From the IMG/VR virus record IMGVR_UViG_3300036770_005052, positions 32,001 to 96,000 of that record: a stretch of DNA of 64,000 bases; one strand, given 5' to 3'. A program made the translations under genes and the position numbers. The stretch is from a virus. This document shows, in pieces, positions 47,892 through 58,200 of the stretch; the stretch's first letter is position 1, and each line of letters opens with the position of its first letter. The notes under the pieces are model-generated. The model was given only the letters and a program-made list of their open reading frames with translations. It did no database searches and was not told the origin of the DNA.

Positions 47892-48446
47892 ATGGCAGAA
47901 AGACCTAAGCAAAATTGGGAAGCTAGAGACATTTCTAGTTTTGGACCAAAATTTAGAGTAGATATTAATAACCCCCAAATGGGTTATAATAGTACAAATG
48001 TTTATGCTTTTTATGGTGTAACAGATGGAAATGATATAAATTTTTCTGGAGTTACGGAAGCAGGAAATTATAGAATTTATAATGATAGGTACATTGAAAT
48101 TATTGCAGGAAATAAAGAAAGTAGCGATGGAGTAGATATTGTAATTGCAGGGATGAATGGAGATGTTACTATTACTGCAATGAGAAATGGTGCGGTTAGA
48201 ATTAAAGGAAAAACTATAATGATAGACGCAGATGAAGATGTAGATATTAAAGCAGGTAGAAATATTACAGCTTCATCTGGATCAGGAAGAATATTAATGA
48301 AAGGTAATAAAATTGACACAAGTGCATTAACTGGAAATGCTATAAAAGAAACTTTTGGAATGCAAGTATTTTCAAAGAGTTTTGTTGGTGGCGATATTGT
48401 TGACAAAGCATTCAATGTTGCAACTACTTTTTTGAAGGGAAATTAA
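47892..48446 (+). CDS. gp5 C-terminal beta-helix/spike-like protein
   Basis: Beta-strand repeats GDVTITA.NGAVRIKG..I.I.A..D.DIKAGRNI; abuts g5. Confidence 0.6.
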   Translation: MAERPKQNWEARDISSFGPKFRVDINNPQMGYNSTNVYAFYGVTDGNDINFSGVTEAGNYRIYNDRYIEIIAGNKESSDGVDIVIAGMNGDVTITAMRNGAVRIKGKTIMIDADEDVDIKAGRNITASSGSGRILMKGNKIDTSALTGNAIKETFGMQVFSKSFVGGDIVDKAFNVATTFLKGN

Positions 48447-48447
48447 T

Positions 48448-51400
48448 ATGGAAAGGGATATTGAAGTATTTGGTAATGAAGTTTATTTCAATGAAAGAGT
48501 AACTTTTTATAAAAATAATTTTCAATCTTCAAAATATCAACTTTCTGAAATATGGGAATCTGAAAATGAAATTCTTCCTGAAGGATCTTTAGGTGTAGAA
48601 TCTGACACAAACTTTTTTAAGTTTGGAGATGGGGCTACTAGATGGAATGATTTGCCATATGCCTCAACAAACAGTATTCAAGGAACTCAAGGACTTCAGG
48701 GAGTAGGATATCAAGGATCACAAGGTCTTCAAGGAAATCAAGGTATTTCTGGAGCTTTTGCCGGAAAAGGAGACCAAGGTACTCAAGGTCTACAAGGATC
48801 TCAAGGTCTACAAGGATCTCAAGGTCTACAAGGATCTCAAGGATCTCAAGGATTACAAGGATTACAAGGAAACCAAGGAAACCAAGGAAATCAGGGATTA
48901 CAAGGAAACCAAGGATTCCAGGGTGGTCAAGGTTTACAAGGTTTTGCAAATCAAGGATCACAAGGTAATCAAGGTCTTCAAGGGAATCAAGGAATTCAAG
49001 GAGTTCAAGGATTCTTAAGTAACTTCCAAGGAACGCAAGGTATTCAAGGTTCTCAAGGATTTCAGGGGTTACAAGGTAATCAAGGAACACAAGGTAATCA
49101 AGGAATTCAAGGTAGGCAAGGAACTCAGGGTAATCAAGGTCTTCAAGGGAATCAAGGAATTCAAGGACTTCAAGGACCTTTAAGTAACTTTCAAGGAACC
49201 CAAGGTAATCAAGGGACACAAGGACTACAAGGACTACAAGGACGCCAAGGTCTACAAGGGTCAATTGGTTCTCAAGGAACTCAAGGATTCCAGGGAATAC
49301 AGGGTAATCAAGGTCTTCAAGGACTTGATGGTGCTTTTGCCGGTCAAGGTGTCCAAGGTCTTCAAGGAATACAAGGTCGTCAAGGTGCTCAAGGATTAGC
49401 AAATCAAGGAGTGCAAGGAAGAATCGGTTCTCAAGGATTCCAAGGAATTCAGGGTCGTCAAGGTGCTCAGGGTCGTCAAGGAACACAGGGACCTTTAAGT
49501 AACTTCCAAGGAACTCAAGGAGCTCAAAGTTCTCAAGGAACCCAAGGACTTCAGGGTAATCAAGGAACTCAAGGATTCCAGGGAATACAGGGCAATCAAG
49601 CTTCACAGGGACGCCAGGGATCTCAGGGTTTAAGTACTCAAGGTTCTCAAGGTATTCAGGGTCGCCAAAGTGCTCAAGGTTTACAAGGATTACAAGGACG
49701 CCAAGGATCTCAAGGATCTCAAGGATTACAGGGTGATCAAGGTACTCAAGGTAATCAAGGACTGCAAGGTAATCAAGGACTTCAGGGTAATCAAGGTAAT
49801 CAAGGATTGCAAGGCAATCAAGGACTTCAGGGTAATCAAGGAAACCAAGGACTCCAGGGTAATCAAGGTGTTCAAGGTAATCAAGGTCTTCAAGGTAGCC
49901 AAGGTACTCAAGGTAATCAAGGACTCCAAGGTAATCAAGGACTCCAAGGACTGCAAGGCAATCAAGGACTTCAGGGTAATCAAGGAAACCAAGGGCTCCA
50001 GGGTAATCAAGGTTTACAAGGTAACCAAGGTTTACAAGGACTCCAAGGTTTACAAGGACTTCAAGGTCGCCAAGGTGGTCAAGGAGTTCAAGGAAATCAG
50101 GGACTGCAAGGAAATCAGGGATTGCAAGGAAATCAGGGACTTCAAGCTAATCAGGGTCTTCAAGGTCTTCAGGGACTTCAAGCTAATCAGGGTCTTCAAG
50201 GTCTTCAGGGTCTTCAAGGTCTTCAGGGTCTTCAAGGTCTTCAGGGTCTTCAAGGTTCTCTAAGTAATTTCCAAGGAACTCAAGGACTTCAAGGTAATCA
50301 AGGTCTTCAAGGACCTCAAGGACTTTCTGGAGAATTTGCTGGACAAGGAACGCAAGGAACGCAAGGACTCCAAGGTTCTCAAGGTTTACAAGGTCTTCAA
50401 GGTTTACAAGGTCTTCAAGGACCTTTAAGTAATTTCCAAGGAACTCAAGGACTTCAAGGACCTTTAAGTAATTTCCAAGGAACTCAAGGTAATCAAGGTC
50501 TTCAGGGGCTTCAGGGGCTTCAAGGGCTTCAGGGGCTTCAAGGACTTCAGGGTAATCAAGGATTGCAAGGAACTCAAGGTAATCAAGGTCTTCAGGGTCT
50601 TCAGGGTCTTCAAGGATCCTTAAGTAACTTCCAAGGAACACAAGGTAACCAAGGTGCTCAAGCAACTCAGGGTGCTCAAGGAACTCAAGCAAATCAAGGA
50701 ATGCAAGGTCTTCAAGGACCTTTAAGTAACTTCCAAGGAACTCAGGGAAATCAAGGTGTTCAAGGTAATCAAGGTCTTCAAGGTAACCAAGGTACTCAAG
50801 GTAATCAAGGCTTACAAGGTCTTCAAGGATCACAAGGTCTTCAGGGAATGCAAGGTAGTCAAGGACTTCAAGGACCTTTAAGTAACTTTCAAGGAACCCA
50901 AGGTAATCAAGGGACACAAGGACTACAAGGACTACAAGGACGCCAAGGATCTCAAGGATCTCAAGGATTGCAAGGTAATCAAGGAAATCAAGGGCTTCAA
51001 GGGCGCCAAGGTTCTCAGGGAACACAAGGACTTCAAGGTTCTCAGGGAACACAAGGACTTCAAGGTTCTCAGGGAACACAAGGTTTACAAGGTATTGGAA
51101 TTCAAGGTCCACAGGGAACTCAAGGAACTCAAGGACTTCAAGGTCTTCAAGGTATACAAGGATTACAGGGATTGCAAGGAATTCCAGGCTCAGGAATTAT
51201 TTTTATTCAAGATGAAAACGATCTAGATAAAACTTTTTATCCTTCATTTTTAGAACAAACAAGTGGAACAACAAGCACAGAATATGTTTCTTCTGAAAAA
51301 TTAGTTTTCAATCCTTCTTCTGGAAGTATTGGTATAGGCACAAGTATTATTACAAATACACTTACTGTTGCAGGAACAGCTACTGCAACCTCATATTTTG

Positions 51401-54400
51401 GAGAGGGAGTTAATCTTGTCGGTATTGTAACCCAGTTAGTTCCTGGAATTGGTATTGACATTACTAGCACACAAAATCCAGGAAAGGGTGTAGTCAAGGT
51501 AGATGCATACAGACCTGTTGGTAAAACAATATACGTATCTCAAAATGGTGATGATAATAATACTGGATTAGCAGAAAATTATCCAAAGAGAACTATAAAA
51601 GCTGCAGCTTCTGTTGCCTTATTTGGTGATACAATTAAAGTTTTCCCCGGATCATATGTAGAAGATAACCCAATTGTATTATCAAAAACAGTATCAGTTG
51701 AAGGCACTGAACTTAGAAACTGTGTAGTTACTCCAAGAAATTTAAATCAAGATTTATTCCATGTTAATAATGGTTGCCATATTACTGATGCGAGTTTTAT
51801 TGGCGCTCCCATGACAAATGGAGCTGCTGCTGTTGCTCTTCAACCATTGTCAGGAGTTGCGACTGATAGATTTTTTGATGCGGCAAGAATGATTCGTTTT
51901 AATTTGGATTATATTGCTCAAGAATCTGTTGGATTCTTGACAAGTGGATTTAGTGGATTTGCAGGTAGTCATAGGGAGCAAGATGCAGCTAAACTTATTG
52001 ATTCTAACTTAAATTATATTTCAAGCGAAGCAGTCGGATTCTTAACATCTCCTTCTGGATATAACTTTACTTTAAACAATAGTGATTATACCAACTGTAG
52101 AGAGGATATTGTCAGCATTATGCAGGCAGTTTCTTATGATTTGAAAGCAAATAGTAATCGCAAATCAATCGGAGCAGGTTATTCTTACTTTAATAACTCG
52201 GGTGGATTAATTCATATTACTGGAGTTGGTGTTTCTGAGGCAACTATTGCCACACTCGATTATGCAGCTGGAATTGCAACTTATATTATCAATAATCAAA
52301 CACCTCCAATTTCTTATCAGGGAGTGGGTAATAGTATACCACAAGTTAAAAATCTTTCAGTAATTCAAGTAGAAGGTGGGTGTGTAGGTGTAGGTACGAC
52401 TATTGGACAATTAGTTGGAATTGTAACTAATATGATTGGTGCAGGAACGACATTAAATGCACCTTCAGTGAGATATGGAGTTACATTAGAAAGTCAAGAT
52501 TGTGCTGACGATATTAAGAGTATATGGAAGTGTATAATTTTTGATATTACTAGAGGAGGAAATTCAAAATCTGTTTCGGCTGGAAGTGCATATTATGATG
52601 AGGAATGGAATTTGAAATCTGGAATCTTAAAAAATCCAGATGAAGTTAAACAAACTATAGCTACTATAGATTATTCTTTTAACGTCGCAAGAGCAATAAT
52701 TAACAATTGCTCTTGGGGAGGATATCCCGTAGGTCTAGGGACAATAGTTGTAAATGCATCATATAATGAAAATACAGGCATTACTACAATAACTGCAATA
52801 AATCATGGATTATCAAATAATGACCCAGTTAAAATTGTTGGTTTAGGGTTTACTTGTCCATCAGGTCCAGGTACAATAATATATCCTAGCGGAACTTATG
52901 GTTATGTCTTCCCTGTAAAAAATGTTTTAAATTCTGATACTTTTGAAGTAGTTGTTGGACAATCTACATTACCACACACGTATGTTTCTGGTGGAACTGC
53001 TCAAAAGTATACTAGTTTCCAAACAAAATTTACGCAAGTTAAAGATCTTGCAATGCAAGTTGATTCTGAAACTGGATTTAATAATGTAATTACTTCTTGT
53101 TCGGATGTTGCATCTGCACTTAAAACATGTATAGGTATAGTAACTTCTATTGTTGGATTTGGTTCAACTGCATTTTCATATGTTGGATTTAATACAACAT
53201 ATCCTGGAAATAGAGGTAAGGGATTTGATACTATTGTTGGTGTTACAAGCGCATTGTATGAAGAAACATCTGGAAAGACTACAATTAAAGCTCCTGGACT
53301 ACCAGTCAAGGTTGGCGATTTAATTGAAGTTAGAAATCTCACATTCTCTTGTTCATCTGGGGGACCAACATTAACACAAAAATTCCCATCAGGTTATTAT
53401 GGATATGAATTTTATATTACTAAAATTAATCAAGATGAGTCATTTGAAATTTACACTGGAGTAAGTACTATTCCTCATACATATGTTTCTGGTGGTTATG
53501 TCATAAATCGTACAATAGGCGTCACAACTGCTCAATATGATAATATCACAGGAATTACTACAATTACTGCACCTGGTTTAATTGTTAAGACAGGGGATAT
53601 AATTACGTTAAGAGATTTAGAATTCTCATGTTCAAGTGGTGCGGGAACAACTACTTTGTATCCTACAGGAAATAGAGGATATGCTTTTGAAGTTTTATCT
53701 ACAGTCAATGAAAAAGATACTTTTACTGTAAATGTAGGATCATCAACTATTCCGCACAATTATGTTTCTGGAGGAGTTGTTATTCCACCTTACTCTAAGG
53801 GTGTTGGTCCAATCACACAAGGTCCATATGTAAGAAATTGCACCAACTTTATAGCAGATAGTATTGGAATGAAAGTTGATGGTTTCTCTGCTGAGCCAGG
53901 AGATCAAGATGATATCGGTGTTACTGGAACAATGAGTGTTGACTCATACACCCAATATAATCAAGGTGGTATTGGAGTTTCTATCACAAATGGTGCATAT
54001 ACCCAATTAGTTTCTATCTTTACAATCTGCGATGACATTGGAATCTTTACAAAGTCTGGTGGACAGTGTGATATTACAAACTCAAATTGTTCTTTTGGTA
54101 ATTATGGTCTAGTATCAGATGGTGTTGGCGATTACACTACTAAGTCAATATATAGATTTACTGGAGAAGTTGTTGAGGACACTGAAGAAGAAACAGCAAC
54201 GGTTGTTATTTCAGGAGTCGGTACTTATAGACCTTATGATGGTCAAGCAATATATTTTGGAGAACTATACTATCAGGTAAATACAATTAATGTTACCAAT
54301 GGTGGAAATGGTTACAATCCAGATAATCCACCAGTGGTTACAATTAGTTCTCCTGAAGGACCTAATGGAATTACTGCAGAAGCATCCGCAAATGTTAATG

Positions 54401-54912
54401 AATTTGGTCGCATATCATCAATTGATATCATCAGTAATGGTAGCCAATATTTAAATCCACCGTCAATTACTATAGATGGTAATGGAGGAGCCACTGCAGA
54501 AGCTGTTATGTATCCACTATACTACAGCATTGAATCCGCTTCACTCCCTTCAGCAGGAATTTCAACGGTGGTTCTGACACAAAATCTAAATAGTATTATT
54601 GGAGCAGGAACTACTGTTTATTTTTCCAGATTAAGTCTCCAAATTGCCACCTCAATATCACTTGAATGGGTTGGTTCTGGTACAAATATCAACACAGCAA
54701 AACCAGCATTAGGTGGAGTTACGATTCAAGCAAATGAAGTCGATAAGAGAAATGGTGGTCAAGTTGTTTATACAAGCACAAACCAAGCAGGTAACTTCCA
54801 AATTGGTGAAGGTATTGTTATCAACCAGCTTACTGGAACTATTAGTGGAAGATCCTTTAGTCAAAGTTTGTTAAATACAGTAACACCATTGATTATTGCT
54901 TTAGGTAGATAA
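48448..54912 (+). CDS. collagen-like fibre with Mtd-N-like N-terminal domain and large C-terminal structural region
   Basis: WESENEILPEGSLGVESDTNFFKFGDG..WNDLPY; ~850-aa G-X-Q tract; YVSQNGDD..G; three Y..TG.TTI...YVSGG repeats. Confidence 0.8.
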   Translation: MERDIEVFGNEVYFNERVTFYKNNFQSSKYQLSEIWESENEILPEGSLGVESDTNFFKFGDGATRWNDLPYASTNSIQGTQGLQGVGYQGSQGLQGNQGISGAFAGKGDQGTQGLQGSQGLQGSQGLQGSQGSQGLQGLQGNQGNQGNQGLQGNQGFQGGQGLQGFANQGSQGNQGLQGNQGIQGVQGFLSNFQGTQGIQGSQGFQGLQGNQGTQGNQGIQGRQGTQGNQGLQGNQGIQGLQGPLSNFQGTQGNQGTQGLQGLQGRQGLQGSIGSQGTQGFQGIQGNQGLQGLDGAFAGQGVQGLQGIQGRQGAQGLANQGVQGRIGSQGFQGIQGRQGAQGRQGTQGPLSNFQGTQGAQSSQGTQGLQGNQGTQGFQGIQGNQASQGRQGSQGLSTQGSQGIQGRQSAQGLQGLQGRQGSQGSQGLQGDQGTQGNQGLQGNQGLQGNQGNQGLQGNQGLQGNQGNQGLQGNQGVQGNQGLQGSQGTQGNQGLQGNQGLQGLQGNQGLQGNQGNQGLQGNQGLQGNQGLQGLQGLQGLQGRQGGQGVQGNQGLQGNQGLQGNQGLQANQGLQGLQGLQANQGLQGLQGLQGLQGLQGLQGLQGSLSNFQGTQGLQGNQGLQGPQGLSGEFAGQGTQGTQGLQGSQGLQGLQGLQGLQGPLSNFQGTQGLQGPLSNFQGTQGNQGLQGLQGLQGLQGLQGLQGNQGLQGTQGNQGLQGLQGLQGSLSNFQGTQGNQGAQATQGAQGTQANQGMQGLQGPLSNFQGTQGNQGVQGNQGLQGNQGTQGNQGLQGLQGSQGLQGMQGSQGLQGPLSNFQGTQGNQGTQGLQGLQGRQGSQGSQGLQGNQGNQGLQGRQGSQGTQGLQGSQGTQGLQGSQGTQGLQGIGIQGPQGTQGTQGLQGLQGIQGLQGLQGIPGSGIIFIQDENDLDKTFYPSFLEQTSGTTSTEYVSSEKLVFNPSSGSIGIGTSIITNTLTVAGTATATSYFGEGVNLVGIVTQLVPGIGIDITSTQNPGKGVVKVDAYRPVGKTIYVSQNGDDNNTGLAENYPKRTIKAAASVALFGDTIKVFPGSYVEDNPIVLSKTVSVEGTELRNCVVTPRNLNQDLFHVNNGCHITDASFIGAPMTNGAAAVALQPLSGVATDRFFDAARMIRFNLDYIAQESVGFLTSGFSGFAGSHREQDAAKLIDSNLNYISSEAVGFLTSPSGYNFTLNNSDYTNCREDIVSIMQAVSYDLKANSNRKSIGAGYSYFNNSGGLIHITGVGVSEATIATLDYAAGIATYIINNQTPPISYQGVGNSIPQVKNLSVIQVEGGCVGVGTTIGQLVGIVTNMIGAGTTLNAPSVRYGVTLESQDCADDIKSIWKCIIFDITRGGNSKSVSAGSAYYDEEWNLKSGILKNPDEVKQTIATIDYSFNVARAIINNCSWGGYPVGLGTIVVNASYNENTGITTITAINHGLSNNDPVKIVGLGFTCPSGPGTIIYPSGTYGYVFPVKNVLNSDTFEVVVGQSTLPHTYVSGGTAQKYTSFQTKFTQVKDLAMQVDSETGFNNVITSCSDVASALKTCIGIVTSIVGFGSTAFSYVGFNTTYPGNRGKGFDTIVGVTSALYEETSGKTTIKAPGLPVKVGDLIEVRNLTFSCSSGGPTLTQKFPSGYYGYEFYITKINQDESFEIYTGVSTIPHTYVSGGYVINRTIGVTTAQYDNITGITTITAPGLIVKTGDIITLRDLEFSCSSGAGTTTLYPTGNRGYAFEVLSTVNEKDTFTVNVGSSTIPHNYVSGGVVIPPYSKGVGPITQGPYVRNCTNFIADSIGMKVDGFSAEPGDQDDIGVTGTMSVDSYTQYNQGGIGVSITNGAYTQLVSIFTICDDIGIFTKSGGQCDITNSNCSFGNYGLVSDGVGDYTTKSIYRFTGEVVEDTEEETATVVISGVGTYRPYDGQAIYFGELYYQVNTINVTNGGNGYNPDNPPVVTISSPEGPNGITAEASANVNEFGRISSIDIISNGSQYLNPPSITIDGNGGATAEAVMYPLYYSIESASLPSAGISTVVLTQNLNSIIGAGTTVYFSRLSLQIATSISLEWVGSGTNINTAKPALGGVTIQANEVDKRNGGQVVYTSTNQAGNFQIGEGIVINQLTGTISGRSFSQSLLNTVTPLIIALGR

Positions 54913-54913
54913 A

Positions 54914-55276
54914 ATGGCAGCAGTAGCACTTAATAAATTCAGAACAATTAGAGTTGGTATAACCACCAATAATGTAGGAATATACACTTGTCCAATTGGT
55001 GTTGCTTCCATTGTTATTTTGTCTCAAGTTACAAATATTTCAACTGGAGCCGCAACAAGTACATACACTGTTACTGCTTATCATTCTCGCTCAAAGGAAG
55101 CTCCAAATACAGATTATAAATTTGCAAATGCGGTCCCAATTCCACCAAATGATAGTTATACTTTAGTTTCTGATGGAAGATTGGCATTAGAAACTAATGA
55201 TGTAATTAAAGTTCAGAGCAATGCAAATGGAGCATTAACTTTGCTTTTAAGTGTTTTAGAAACTGCAAAACAATAA
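54914..55276 (+). CDS. small virion structural protein
   Basis: IYTCPIG...SQVTN...LALETNDVI; tightly packed in the fibre cluster. Confidence 0.65.
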   Translation: MAAVALNKFRTIRVGITTNNVGIYTCPIGVASIVILSQVTNISTGAATSTYTVTAYHSRSKEAPNTDYKFANAVPIPPNDSYTLVSDGRLALETNDVIKVQSNANGALTLLLSVLETAKQ

Positions 55277-55285
55277 TTAAGATTT

Positions 55286-58200
55286 ATGGTAAGATATAAT
55301 TCTGGAAGAGTAAGAAAATTTGATCAAACAGGTATAACCTCAGATCGATATCAATTTTTGGGTTTAGAGCAAGCAGAACCAGATTTAGGTGATCCTATAG
55401 TTGGAGTATCTTCTGTCATCGCAAATCCAGCTCCTCCAGGAGATCAATATGTATTAGCGGCAGTTGATGGGCAAGTTGGAAAAAGATATTGGTTAAAAAG
55501 TACCAATCTTGTAGGAATTGGATCCACAGGAACTCAAGGAACTGCTGGTCCTCCTGGATCACAAGGAGTTCAAGGCTCACTCAGTAATTTTCAAGGAACT
55601 CAAGGTAGGCAAGGAACTCAAGGTAATCAAGGTCTTCAAGGGAATCAAGGAATTCAAGGAGTTCAAGGATTCTTAAGTAACTTCCAAGGAACGCAAGGCA
55701 ATCAAGGTTCTCAAGGAACTCAAGGTAATCAAGGTCTTCAAGGAACACAAGGTAATCAAGGTCTTCAAGGAACTTCTGGAAATCAAGGTTCTCAAGGTCT
55801 ACAAGGAAATCAAGGAGTTCAAGGTGTTCAGGGATTTTTAAGTAATTTCCAAGGAACACAAGGAAATCAAGGTTCTCAAGGTCTACAAGGAAATCAAGGT
55901 ACTCAAGGTCTACAAGGGTCAATTGGTTCTCAAGGAACTCAAGGATTCCAGGGAATACAGGGTAATCAAGGTACTCAAGGTCTACAAGGGTCAATTGGTT
56001 CTCAAGGAACTCAAGGATTCCAGGGAATACAAGGAAATCAAGGTCTCCAAGGTAATTTTGGTAATCAAGGAGTACAAGGAGCACAAGGATCTCAAGGAGT
56101 TCAAGGACCTAATGGATCTTTTGGTGCGAAAGGTGATCAAGGAGTGCAAGGTCTCCAAGGGTTACAAGGAACATCAGTTCAAGGGTCTCAGGGTGCTCAG
56201 GGAGTTTTAAGCAATTTCCAAGGAACTCAGGGTAATCAAGGTATTCAAGGTTCTCAAGGAATGCAAGGAGCTCAGGGAGTTCAAGGATTCTTGAGCAATT
56301 TCCAAGGAACTCAGGGTAATCAAGGTCTTCAAGGGAATCAAGGAATTCAAGGAGTTCAAGGATTCTTAAGTAACTTCCAAGGAACGCAAGGTATTCAAGG
56401 TTCTCAAGGTTCTCAAGCAACTCAAGGTGTTCAAGGAGCACAAGGTTCAATTGGTCCTCAAGGATTTCAAGGACTTCAAAGTTCTCAAGGAATGCAAGGT
56501 AATATTGGTAATCAAGGTGGACAAGGACTTCAAGGTTTACAGGGAACCCAAGGATTTAGTGGATCCACAGGTTCTAAAGGAGATCAAGGTGCTCAAGGTC
56601 TTCAAGGATTACAGGGATCACAGGGTAATCAAGGATTATCAAATCAAGGACCTCAAGGTCCTCAAGGTTCTCAAGGTTCTCAAGGATTACAAGGTTCTCA
56701 AGGAACACAAGGGTTTACTGGAGGTGAAGGAAGACAAGGAGCTCAAGGACCCCAAGGTGTTCAAGGATTAAGTGGAGGTGAAGGAAGACAAGGAGCTCAG
56801 GGACCCCAAGGTGTTCAAGGTGTTCAAGGTCTTCAAGGTTTTAGTGGTAATGTCGGATCAAAGGGTGATCAGGGCGCTCAAGGTGTTGGAGCACAGGGTA
56901 CTCAAGGTCTTCAAGGTTTCAGTGGTAGTATTGGTGGAAAAGGTGACCAAGGAGCACAAGGGATTCAAGGTGTTCAAGGTCTTACTGGAATTTCACCATT
57001 AACATCAGCAAGTCTTGCTGTCATTGATGCCGCAGTTTCTTCTACAATCAATTTGGGATCTGGAGCAAGACTATCAACGGTTGCTAGTGTCAGTGCAATG
57101 GCAACCAGAACTGAAGTTCCTGGTTCAACTTCAATTGTAGTGTTTGATGGAAATGGAAATAGATCTGCAACAACTGCAGGAAAATATTATTTGTCTGCTG
57201 TTTCCAAATTGTTCTATTGGGTAAATCGTGGTGGTGGTGGATGGGGAGATGACCCAGCTGGTACTACAGTTGAATTGCAGTTTTCTTATGATGGTTCTAC
57301 AGGATGGACAGCTTTAGATCAAGTTACAACTTCAATAGTATCTTCCAATAATACTTGGATTCAAAGAGAAATTATATTGTCTAATTTTTCAGGATCTCAA
57401 TATTATAATGGTGTTTATCTAAGATTTGTTCAATCTCCATTATCAAGATCTAGTAATGTTGATACTTGGGCATTTACTTCCGTAATTTATCAAGCAGGAT
57501 CTGCAGGTGGTGGTGGTTCTACATCCACAGGATCTAATTCTTTGGCAGTCATGGATGTTTCATCAACATCTACAATTTCTCTTCCATCATACCCAAGCAC
57601 ATCAGGTGTAAGACTAACCACAGTTAGTGGCGTTACTGGAATGACATCCAGAACTGAAGTTCCTGGTTCAACTCCAATTGTAGTATTTGATGGAAATGGA
57701 ATTGCAAATTCCACAAGAACAGTAACATTACCAAATAGGGTTTATTTGTCAACTGTTAATAAACTTTATTATTGGGTTATTAAAGGTGGTGGTGGATGGG
57801 GTGATGAACCTTTTGATACTTTGTCATTACAATATTCTTATGATGGTACTAATTGGTTAGGTACTATTGATTCTACAGCTTATCAAGATATTTTATCTAC
57901 AAATACATGGACTCAAAAGTCTGTAACAGTTCCTGCAGCCGCCAAATATTATAATGGTGTTTACTTAAGATTTTCGCAACCTGGTTATAATACATCTAGT
58001 ACTTATAGAAGTTGGGCTATAACTTCTATTATACCTGATTTTGGTGCTGCTGGTGGGGGAAGTTCTGGTGGATCAACTTCTCTTGCTTTAGTTGATTTAT
58101 CATCTTCAAATAATTTTGATTTTCCAACCCCTCAGCCTGGAGCTAGATTAACAACAGTTTCCGCTGTTACTGGAATGGCAACCAGAACTGAAGTTCCTGG

